A stretch of DNA of 63,515 nucleotides, filler included, from Perkinsus chesapeaki ATCC PRA-425 (taxonomy: Eukaryota; Protista; Perkinsozoa), in the NCBI GenBank assembly GCA_013115145.1. It is 6 parts of 6 records of this genome, joined end to end, with 100 filler letters (N's around TTAATTAATTAA, not from the genome) between each part and the next. Parts side by side here need not be neighbours in the genome. Positions count along the whole stretch, not along the records: positions 1 to 30,725 come from JAAPAO010000433.1; 5 more parts are not named here. One strand, 5' to 3'. Below, piece after piece: positions 11,916 to 22,836 of this stretch. The position numbers and the translations under genes were made by a program. The notes below the pieces were generated by a model that was given only the letters and a program-made list of their open reading frames with translations, made no database searches and was not told the DNA's origin. Within the stretch, counting starts at the first letter, position 1, and each line of letters starts with the position of its first letter.

Positions 11916-14610
11916 ATGGCATCTTCGGACTCGGGAGAACCGGACTACAACGACCACCCTTTCACAGTTCTGAACGTTGAGGACAGCATTTTACGATTAC
12001 CGTTCTATCTTGGAGAACAATACGCCGAAGAGGAAAATGAGGATCCTAGAGGCGCTGGGCTGGAGTTGTCTTTGATGGACATTGCAACCGGTAGGTGCTC
12101 CGGAGCTCCCATGTTTTGGCGTGCCCGCCGGACACTTCCCAGTGATGAAAAGCAACTTCGAGAAATTTTCAATAAGATATTAGTCGAGCACTGAAAGCAC
12201 GGTGCGCTATGTACCATACGTGTTGTTGCGGGGAGTAAACCTGACTGATGCTCTTGCGCTGGATTATTGATTGAATTAATAACTTCTACTCGAGTTCGAT
12301 GAATTGCCTGTCCATGCGATATCCTGTCAGGCGACCGCGTGATCTATCCTGGCCGAGGGAATCGATGCGATCATATAGACATCGTAGATCTGATGAACTC
12401 AGTGCGACCGGCTCATACTCTAGTGGACGTTGAGGTAGGGAAGGTCGTGGGTTCGATTCCTCCCAGAGGCGTTTTAAGACTTTAGAGTTGTCCCCACCTT
12501 GGAAGTGCCCACGATGCGAACGAGTGTATGATTGTTGTTCCGATCTGGAGGTTGACGAGTGGATTCAGAAGATACTCCAGAGTGTAAGCCGATTCGGTTC
12601 AATGAAAATATTTCCCATGGTGGCAGACCAGTGCTACACAAAATGAAAAAAACACTGCAGTGTGCTTGAGCATCGCCACCGATTATGCGTGCTGACTGTG
12701 TGATCCACTAGGAGATCCTTCGGGGTCCTTTTGGGATCTCGTTCAGTGTTGTGGAGTCATACTCACTCCCCACTGGGGAGTCCCCAACAATTACTGTATG
12801 ATCCCATCTCAGAACCGGAAAACATCACGTGGATCACGGCCCGCATCCCACGTGCTTTGTAGTATTTTTACGCACTGTGCAGGAAAATTCGCGTTACTGT
12901 AAGCTTCGAACAGCACGCTTCGAAGGCATCCTAGATGAAGGTGGCAGGCGAGTACTTCAAGGTGTGCATCCAGTATAGGGCATATTATGGTAGATACCAT
13001 TGGTAACACCATTGGTATTATACTAATTTGGTATGCCTATTTGTGCTATCGTGGATTTGCTAGTGGCAACAACGATGCAATATGATATTGTCGATATCAC
13101 TGATGTTGTGATATAAACAGCAGTTGTATGATGTTTCCACCGGAGCGAGCTATACTAGCTCGTCATGTTGATAGAAGCAGACCGTGTCGATGCGGCGCAC
13201 ACACACAAGTGTGAGTCTAACGGTAAACTCTCTACTATCGACGGCTAAGCTTTCTCTTGCTGGTCGTGGGGATTGCAAAGCAGAATCTCTAGATTAAACA
13301 CTTTTCGGAAAGCAAACAGATCATACCGATTACGCAGTAGAACTTCCACTGTGAATGTTATGAATCTCTGTGGCTGCATCGTTGTGGTGCGTCTTTGGCC
13401 CTTTGTTCCGGCCGTGCATGCGGTGCGGACCACACCACGAACAACTCCCATCCCGATTACTACATTTGCGGTTGTTTTGCTGTAAGGGGGATGTTTGTGA
13501 TGCAATTGATACCATGCAACGCACGGGCCCGGACTACACCGAAGTTGTCGTGCGTTTAGTTGCCGGCATTTAACTGTATTTGATTCTTATCATGCGCTAT
13601 CGGCTGCGCCTTCCACGGGACTAGAGGCATCAAAACTGAGAGAATCGAAAAATAAGTATAAACTTTTGACCAATACATAGACTGCAAAGTGGCGCAGACA
13701 AGATTACGGGAACCAGTCGGAGTTCAACCCTTTCCCAACGAAGCAGTCTTCCCTTGTCCCGAAGTCTTACGCGATATTCGGCTTGAGTCCAGAGGTTGGA
13801 CAACAGAGATCTGGCTCAAGTACAGTACTCCCTAATTTGTATAATAAAGCTTATTCAACACTAATGCCAGTTTTCTTAGCTTAAACGTTTGACCAATATG
13901 ATTGCTTAGCGTTCTGGGGCATTTTAGAGGCCCTCTGTACGATAACATCGCTCGTTGTATATTTCCAACTCGATACCAGTTTCGTCGAAATCTTGCCAAA
14001 AATCATTCGAAGTTCTCAGATAGCCTCATTGGAATCTGGTCCATCATCATTCTCCTCAGACAACTGATACTTCAGTGAGACTGTATCTGGACGGCTCCTG
14101 GGCAGACTCGGCCGGCCTGTATGTGCTGGGCCAAGAAATGGAAAAGATTGACCTTACCAGCGAATCGGCTGACGATTCAACATCGCCCTCATCAAAACGT
14201 CAGAAACTTTCGCGGTGAGTTGATAACGTCATTGGAATGAGTGCTCTATTTGACATCACTCGGCCTTTGGTATGGTCGGAGTCCGACCGTCGGACCATAC
14301 CAAGACCATAATGGTCCTCATGTCAATGATATGAGTGTCTATGACATGATCGATTTTAGTTCGATGTGTAAGACGCGAAACTTCATTCAAAGCTTAATTT
14401 TTTGTTGAGCTCCAGTTCGAAGCATTATTCGTGCTGGCTATTCCGAATAGTCTATTCGTAGAGTCCGTAGGTCCGAGCAATGTGTCCTCCATGCTCGTTA
14501 TTTCTCTCAGGTCAACTCAGGCAACACCAGAGATCGACCTAGCTGCGGGTGGCAATGCGACTGCATCCGCCGAAGTCATCGATCTCGATTCGGATGATTC
14601 AGTTTCTTAA
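11916..14610 (+). CDS. SP-RING (zf-MIZ) protein with C-terminal SUMO-interacting motifs; Siz/PIAS-like SUMO E3 ligase candidate
   Basis: Exons 11916..12090, 12331..12434, 12467..12583 give LSLMDIATGDRVIYPGRGNRCDHIDIVDL...WKCPRC...DLEVDEWIQKIL (C-x-H and W-x-C-P-x-C). Last exons give KIDLTSESADD, KRQK and EVIDLDSDDSVS*. Middle exons uncertain; linking both ends into one gene is inferred. Confidence 0.7.
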
Positions 14611-14874
14611 CCTTTGTCATCTGTTGTATTTCTCGAATCGTCATACAGAAGTTCTACTGTAGAACAGCATTACTCTCAGGCATGCGCGAATGGATAAATC
14701 ATTTGTCATTTCTCAGAAATAAGTTAACCGCAGACTGCAGTTAACTACCTCGGTTTTTAAGCTGTCATGCGATTCGTATGCAATGCATAATATACATGGG
14801 TACCTGCCTGTCGAGCAGTATATTCAATTTCTGATATTGTTCAAGCCTTAGTTAGCGAATATTCCTACATTCCT

Positions 14875-17079
14875 ATGACGGCATCAGCAGAGGGTATACA
14901 GACCGACTCGAGTGTTCCTATTCCTCCAGGGCATGTGAGAGTTCCGCCTAAAGCGCCTCAAAGCTTAGTCGATCTCACTAAGAGATATGATATTATTTTG
15001 GGTAGCAGTTCAAAATGGCGTCGAACTGTTCTGGAGACTAGTGGATGCAGATGTGTGGACATCATCTCGCCAGATATCGATGAGAAAAGCATCCGAGGTG
15101 AATCTCCTCTAGTGAGTTGATCCTGAGTTTCTCAATGACATATACTCACTGTTTAGGACACGACTTTTAAGATCACTAAGGAGAAGGTAGATGCTATCAT
15201 GGATCGAATTGTTGACAAGGGCTGGACCGGCCTTCTCGTATGCTCTGATCAGGTGAGTTATGCGGAGATATTTTTTATTTGACTACTGAACACTGTTAAG
15301 TGAACAGGCATTCCGATATACCCGCGCCTCTAATATAGGCACGTATATCATATAGGCAGGTTGGTACGTGCTATAATGCGTGCAGAAGAAACTTTGAGAG
15401 AATGAGCGCGGTCCGTGCTCTAATGTGCGCGCGGTGACACCGATCACAGAGAGCCTCTCTGAGAGAGGCGTTTGATAACTTGTTCACCAGAGTAACTTCA
15501 ACGCAACCCTGATGAGACTGTTCCTTGTAGACTCGAATTGATGGCTAGACTTCCAGGGAAGTAACGTAGGGAACTAGTGTGAATCGCACTGTGCGATACG
15601 TGCTCTACTGCGTGAGCACATTCAACTGTTGAATGTTCCGTAACTGAACATTCAACTGTTGAATGTGCTCGAGTTGAATTTCAAGTTGGAGTTTGCTTCG
15701 TGGGTTCCAAGGCTTTAACCAGTTGATAAACCAATTCGAGCATCAGCCGAGCATATTGTAAACCGCTTTGGTTCGCATGTAACAGGCTGGCATTCGTCAT
15801 TGAGGAGCCTCATCGATAACAAGCTCGTACAACTTGTATTCTATGTTGACCACCTGGGCTTGAAAGAGATTATCGTTGATGGGCCAAAGTTCCCCTACGG
15901 CCCGTAGGCTACGGGCACCCTGGAGGGCCTCCATTGGAGGCCCAGTTACTGTCGGAATTATTCTGAATGATGTCAGATAGACGAATAACCCAATCAGCGA
16001 CGTGTATACATTGCAGTATCGTCTTCCATAGCTATCAGAGTTGGGATGAGTTGAGTCTGGAACGATGTATAATTAAGGGCCGCAATGTCCAAAAATGGGA
16101 AACCAAGTATGAACTAGTTCGAAAATTCTTCTCTTTTCTTCTCCGAAAAAATTACTTTGCGAGGTCAGGTTTCAGTCTGTAACGGTGAATGCCGAGAGAA
16201 ACCGGAAAGTCCCGAGGAGGCTCGTAAATTCATACGATCCTATTCTGAGGAAGGGCTCCCTGTATCCACCGTATGTACTATGGTGGTTGTTGATATTGAA
16301 ACGGGTAAACGAGCATATGGGAACCACGAAGCTACTGTGAGGTAAGTAATTGCTTCATCTTATCTGAACGTTGTCGGAAGGGAAGTTTTCCTTCATTTTT
16401 CGATAATCTATTGTGTAAGCCAATTTCGCTGTTGCAGCACCAGTGTTGCCCTGTAATATCGCTTATGCGGAGGCTACATGTAGACGTAGAGGTAGTTCTT
16501 TCCAGTCTAGGAAAGTGCTGTGAGTATTACGGTGAGGCTTGCTAAGCATTATATTTCTACGCAAGTGAACGCATTGCCCGCTGAACGGGAATTACGTGAA
16601 GTCCCTGAAAGTGCAATAAATTTGTCAGATTCGCCCCGATACCAACCAGTGTCGTGGATGAGTTAGTGAAGCCAGGCTATCCAATTTATACATGCTCTGG
16701 AGGCTTCTCGATAGACGATCCTATTATGGGACAGGTGCGTTCTGGGAAGATGGTGTTTTTCGTTCTTCATGTTAATGAGGCGTGAAAATATCAACTATGG
16801 AAGCTCAAAGGCAGGGCTTGGAGTGACCGCGCATTTATTACGGAAGGGTGTCGTTCCTCATTTTTCTTGCCGACATATAAGGGGATGCATCACGCACGTG
16901 CTTGCCATACATACCTACTCTCCCTCACTCACCTTCCCGTCGGCAGCTGTATTTTATTGACCTTCGTTCCTCAGTACTGTACCAGTGTCGAAGGTGGTGT
17001 GGACGCTGTGATGGGAATGCCCCTTGGTTTGCTGGAGCAACTTATAACGGAAGTCACTACTACTGATGCCGTAGACTAA
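14875..17079 (+). CDS. maf: Maf-like nucleoside triphosphate pyrophosphatase
   Basis: join(14875..15111,15157..15252,16169..16341,16629..16734,16975..17079). Motifs IILGSSSKWRR, SPDIDEKSIR, LLVCSDQV, REKPES, VEGGVDAVMGMP. Confidence 0.93.
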
Positions 17080-17080
17080 T

Positions 17081-17420
17081 TCAACATCTTAAACCGAGTT
17101 GTCGAGTTTCCTCAATTCTGGGCTTTGAATGTAGCTTAGGGAGACCTTCTGAGGCATGAGTTGTCCTCTTTAACAGGGAGTTAAAGACGAGCATCAGATG
17201 TTTCCAGAAGGAATACTTTTGACGCAACCTTTTGGTATAGAAACGCATTTTGTAGCGAAATTCTTCCCACATCTCCACATCACGAGCACTTTTGAATCCC
17301 CGAGGTCCTCGGTTTGAGCCTAGATGACTTCCTGTCCCGGAGGTATTCAATCTGCTTGGTAGGTTCGGTGGAAATTCCCAACCGATTTCCCACTGGGAGT
17401 CTATCGAAAAAGGATGTAAA
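17081..17420 (-). CDS. Probable last exon of an unidentified gene, convergent on Maf
   Basis: Open, protein-like frame SQWEIGWEFPPNLPSRL...MWEEFRYKMRFYTKRLRQKYSFWKH...LGLRC*; upstream exons unresolved. Confidence 0.45.
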
Positions 17421-18001
17421 TTTTCGAATCGTTCAAAAATCGAAATAACCCCAAACGAGGGCTTGCGTAAATGTATGTTAATGCAGCAAGTTATCTCGCA
17501 GTAAGAATAACACCATATGGTACAAGAAACGAACACATCTTTGCGGTAGATCTTTTTTATGATACCTAGCTCCCCACCGACAATTTCTGGACCGTTACTC
17601 TTACGATGTCGAGCAGGTTTGGAGAAAATTCTCGCTGGCGAAGTGAGCTACTCTAGCACTGTCTCTCTTCGAAGCTCTATTTGCGGCTGGCCTTCGATCT
17701 TGAGTTGGCCGATGTCAGAGGCCAGAATTTGTGATCAGAATTTCACATCCTCAGCACACATTGCTTAAACACGTGCTTTCATTTGAAATTCGGACAAATT
17801 TTCTTGTTTAAGGATTGGATCAATCGTCGAGAAGGCTTTTCGAAAAGGCGCGCACTCAAAGTGGAGCATCCTGTTACAATTTGCTCTGCGCAGTCACGGT
17901 ACAGCAATGCTCGCGGTACCGTAATTTTGGGAAGCATTACAAAAAGTATCTTCCGAACGTGAACATTCCCGCTGTCCCTCAAGATTTCTTCGCTCTGCCG
18001 G

Positions 18002-20962
18002 ATGTCTTCGGAGTTACCTGGCAAATTCTGGCAGATGTTTTCCACTTGTCAGGCACAAGCGCTGTTGGCGCCTCTTAGAAAGAAGGCTAAGGGTATGCTG
18101 GTTGCCATTACTAACTCGGGAGAAATTGAATGTCGCCTGCCAAGCCTGGAAGCGATAAACATTTTGACCGAAAAGTAGGAGTGTACTTTCAAGTTGATTA
18201 CTAAAAAACACAATCTTCATAAAAAATTACTAACAATCTTCCAAGAATACAATATCGGAAATTTCCTGAAAAATTCCTAATTTCTTCCCAGAGGAAACTC
18301 TACCTTGCTCTTGTAGGTGCCGTGTTGCTGATTGCGTATCGCAAAGGGTCACTGCTGGGCCTGTGGGAAGCTCGCCTGCGTTCTTCAAGTGTACTTCCCT
18401 GGATGACGTCGCTGATCGCCTGAAGCAATTGCATGTGCCCGAGGTGCGAGGCGGGAGATTGAAATTCTGAGGAGGCGTTCGCCACCTTCGGCTTTATCAT
18501 AAAACTTTATATAGCTATCGGATCCTTCTGTTCGGTATGATATGATTCTTCAGATGTCGGACAAGAAGGGTATCTTTTTAACCCAAGTTGAGAGTGTCAA
18601 CTCCAAGATGGATGGTGGTGCGATGGTCACTAAGAAAATTAACTCGGTCCTTTCTGATGGAGAAGACGTAAGTGATCAGCTAGGACTGATTCTTGTCAAA
18701 TGGGCCATTTGACTGATTTTCTCACTAAGCTCTACTAAAGTGTCCTTGGATTGGGGGGTTTCACTTGTTGCTGCATTTGCAACTTCCCGAACGTTGATTT
18801 CCTCGGATAGCACCTTCCGTATCAGTTTCCTGAACGAAGGGAGCTTCTTCCTCTGATGATGAGCATTCACGACGACACCTGTTCAATAGAGTTTGTTCGG
18901 CGGCCCCGTGCAATTTCGAGGCCATGGATATCATCGGGATCTTCGGAAGAAGCCAAGACAGAGAAGAAGCAACCAAGCTGGAGCACCTTGCCAGCCACGA
19001 AGTCACTTCCTCTAGCACGGACAGTGTCGGACTGGAAGCCTCTGCCGTCCCCTGCCGTAGCAGCAGCGATGATTCTGAAGTATAACCATTCGCGCAGAGT
19101 AGACATAATTCTGGACACTTCAGGACGAGCCTTTTATCAAAGCTCAGTCAGATGGCGGGCAGTCGTACGGATGAAGAGCTGCTGGTATGGGACCCTTTCT
19201 GCGGTGAAGGTATGTGGCACCATCCGTAGAAGCATTGCCTGTGGGCGTGAACTTGATTTCTTGAACTGATCGAATGGTAAACTCCGAATAGTACCCTGCT
19301 TTGTACCTTATCTTATAGTATCACGTGTAGCTACTAGGTTAGTAGCCGCAAACCGCAAACCTTAGTATTACTAAGGCTTTATACATTTAATTTCGGAATT
19401 GAGGAAATTACTGCTTGGGAAATCGTGGTAGCTAAGAGTTTTTTTCCGGTTTGGCCGATGCAACGAATGTTAAGTTGAGTAAGGCTTCATCAGGTATTAT
19501 TATGCTAGAGCTTGCGTCGGTGGTATTGGGGGTGCCTCTCTCTCGAAAATCATCTATTCCATCTCGGCCACATAACAATGCTTATCGGCTTCGACTTATT
19601 GCAACCGATCCAATCGCAGAAAACGTGTCGGCAACAAGGGAGAATTTGATAAGGTGAGACTTCTGAAAGGAACAGCTTTATTCTTGCCTTGCTTCAATTT
19701 TCTGTCAGATTTTCTGTACACTGCGAACCCTGGTTTCCCCGAGGGAAGAATCCAACAGCAGAGCCGGAAAACATTGGACGGAAAATGAAACGCGATGAGC
19801 TCATGCGGAATGCAAATGCTGCCGATGCAAAGGAGTAAACCCAGTGTCTTGTGGCCGACCTTTTCGCGTAGTCCAGCAACTAGTTCAAAACCGGCCAGCC
19901 AGTGTGTTACTCCTAGCTGGTCATCCAGATGTATTTGGTGTTTTACTAAAATGTCGCGCCACTCGGCTCTAAAAATCGCTGAAAAAATTTCTTGTCTAGT
20001 TGGCGGGGCGCGCTCAATTTATGGGTAACCGAGTATGGAGAATTCAACAGAAAAGGAATCAGCTCGAAGCTCGACATACTTATCGATATTAATCCCCTCC
20101 AGTCCGCGCATCTCTAGATGTCGTGTACTGTATGGTTTGTATGATCAACCCAGAAAGCGACGCCAATAGTTGATCTCTCGCTAGAGAATACGTAAATGGA
20201 CGTTTGACGAATACCAGTTTCCTTTCAGTCAGTCGTGCGAGTCGAGAAAGATAGAGACGGACTCGGAGTCGTACGCCACTCGGCCCATTGGTTCTGATGT
20301 ACGAACATTTTCGACTGATGAAGACAAAACGTGGAACTTACCGATAAAACTCTCAGTCAACCAGGCACCGTTTCACACGGTAAGCCCTGACTTTTTCGAT
20401 TAGGGCTGTATAATCTTTTCTAGATACTTCCACACATTCAAGGACCGATGATAATAACATATATCAACTCTCAAAGGTAAGGAAGAAGGAATATGGTTGT
20501 TCCCGGCTGAGGCTCATAACGTAACCTGTCTCCTCTAACGGTGTAAATGACCTTGTTCTATGAATATGTCACTGGAAACATATTGGTGATCAAACTACCC
20601 GTTTCTACTCAGGACTAGGAACCCTTTCTGTTCCTCGAAGAATATATTTTCCTGATGCCGTGCGCGTCCTTCAGGTTTGCAACTCATCACGGTATCAGAA
20701 TGTTCCAGTCTTTTGGCCATCTTATTGGCTCAAGAAATGACTGGTTGGGCGTATATGTACTCACCGACTCCAAAGCCTTCCAGTAGTGAAGCTGTGCTTA
20801 GCAGGTTTGGAGCGCTTCTTCGTCAGGACTTACTCCCGTTTAATTTGGGATGTTGAATTCGAAGTTCGAACATCAACCAGCGGAAAGCTTCGGTTGCTCC
20901 GCTGGACGGGCCTCAGAAAGGGTGAGGCCGCGGCGACTGCCTCGAGGAAGAGGAAAGGTTAG
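18002..20962 (+). CDS. THUMP / UPF0020-type (RlmL/Trm14-like) SAM-dependent RNA methyltransferase
   Basis: Spliced segments MFSTCQAQALL, CRVADCVSQRV, IHDDTCSIEF, PLPSPAVAAAMILK, VWDPFCGEGIIMLELA (motif I), RLIATDPIAENVSATRENL (motif II), FQSFGHLIGSRNDWLGVY, stop TAG 20960-20962. Order matches the family. Confidence 0.8.
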
Positions 20963-21047
20963 ATAGTCATAACTGTTTCCGCAATTCATTGTTTCCATAG
21001 TGAAGTATAATGTTGCCTTGTCATGAGCATTGCACTAATACCATAAG

Positions 21048-21455
21048 CTGGATGGTGATGAGCTAAACAAGCTTCGCAAGTTCGATAACTTGGTCGAATC
21101 CTCCCTACTGAGCCGGGCGTATAGTCAAAGTGGCGATAGTCTCAAGCAACACCATACTGGGGTTCAGAACTCTCCATGATCGGGCAGAAAAGAAATATCT
21201 CTGTATCTTTCTTTTGATGATTCGGTGTCTGACGGTGCAGCAATCACGGAAATTCCAATTCAAGGGTTAATTGAACTGTCGTCAACAGTGTTGCCGGGTT
21301 TAACTTTGGACGTGTGCGAATGTGCGTTCGAATATGCGATAGGTTATAATGGCGTCGCGATTTTCAAACAGTCGTGGCCCATGGATCATGGCACACGCGA
21401 CTATAAGAGGACCTTGCATCACAGTATGGTTAACAGAATGAGTATGCGAGTGTAG
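21048..21455 (+). pseudogene. Degenerate coding segment with one in-frame TGA
   Basis: LDGDELNKLRKFDN...VQNSP*SGRKEISLYLSFDDSVSDGAAITEIPIQG... is one frame with TGA at 21177-21179; no start or family recognised. Confidence 0.3.
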
Positions 21456-22028
21456 TGTTTGTGAAATCCCGGGAGAACAAGCGGGGAGACAATTGACTTG
21501 AACATAATCAACACAACACACGAGGGACACGCTAAAGAATGAGGTTATGACACACTCTACGATAACCTAGAGCAATTGCTTTCCAAAGCGGCCTGCTCGC
21601 ACGGCTCATACCGAGCTGAACGAACAACGCCGGGAATATGTCGTAGGTTTTCGGCATAGAGACGGTAAAAAATTTTTTTAGTTATTCCTGAGTACGGCGA
21701 TGCTCTTGATAGTAACTGGGTACCATACTATAGTGCAGGCCGATTCGAAAGACCCGAATCTATTTATGCCCGCCTGCCTCTCAGACTTGCCATATAGTGG
21801 CATTATCTCTGTACCAAGCAACTATCAAGTGCATGGTAACCGAAGCCCGACCCGATTATATATGTAATCTACATCAAGATTATCCGGTAGGATAATAATC
21901 GGTTTTTGGGCTTCAGGTTCCTCCTGCAAACCCCGCATTCGATGGGATTTTACTAGTACCAGAGTACTACGCTCCGCGAGTCACGGCTTTTCGAGCTACG
22001 AAAAGCTTCCATACGATTCGTGTGGGAG

Positions 22029-22073
22029 GTAGCCTCGAAGAGATTCCATTGAAACCCATCTCTTCGAGGCTAC
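22029..22073. repeat. Perfect 16-bp inverted repeat with 13-nt loop
   Basis: GTAGCCTCGAAGAGAT (22029-22044) / ATCTCTTCGAGGCTAC (22058-22073). Confidence 0.9.
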
Positions 22074-22836
22074 TACAGTATACTGGAACCGTCGAGACAA
22101 TGGAACCGTTATATATCTAACTTATGTTGTCTCAACCACGTCCGTAATACGGATTCCGTATGATACGAGTCGTATCCTTTTTGGAGGAGCAGGTTTCAAA
22201 CGCTTTTTTGGAACCCCAAGCTTGCGAGCGTAGACCCAATGCAAATCGTAGGCTGCGTAGACCGAGCTTGAAGCTGACAACGTCCCAACTGCATTGCGTC
22301 AGTAATTCAAGTTCTTTTAGGAAAACGTTCTTTTAAGATTGACTAACGCTAGCCTTGATAATCTATGAATCGACTCTATTTTTTGAAATGTATCGGGAAC
22401 TGAATAAACTAGAGCTGGTACCCCAAAAGTTCGAAAATCTAAGGAGATACAATGTAGTGACGAATAAAATCAAGTACTCAAGTACGTGACGAAAGAAGTT
22501 CGATCAATATCAAACCAGGCTGGGCAGTTCATAATAGCGCGGATATCTATCACAGTCCTTTTGCCAAGCTGTTGAAGAGCCATTGAAACTCGTGGCGGAA
22601 AAACATCTTGGTCACGAATCGTGACTCACGATGCATTGTACATCGGATGTACCGCATTATGAACCCGTCCAAATGGTTCGTTAACGGTAAAATTGTGTGA
22701 GACTAAAGCCTCTGCTGAGACGGCTAACTCACAAGGACGAGAGAAACCATCAACTCGTCAACTAGTTGGAAAAGTAGGGTGTTCCCAGCTGTTCAGCCCG
22801 GAGATATATATGCGATCTGCAGAACTTGGGAGAGAA

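Noticed and set aside
12400-12475. tRNA-like T-arm GGTCGTGGGTTCGATTCC
   Set aside because: No acceptor or anticodon arm; explained as a short intron and flanking exons of the SP-RING gene.
13809-13820. ATCTGGCTCAAG, matching the 3' end of the Perkinsus/dinoflagellate spliced leader
   Set aside because: Only 12 nt, inside a probable coding exon at a donor site, with no ACCGTAGCC 5' part.
20716-20734. GCCATCTTATTGGCTCAAG, spliced-leader-like
   Set aside because: Needs a 3-nt insertion and lies in frame within a methyltransferase exon (GHLIGSR).
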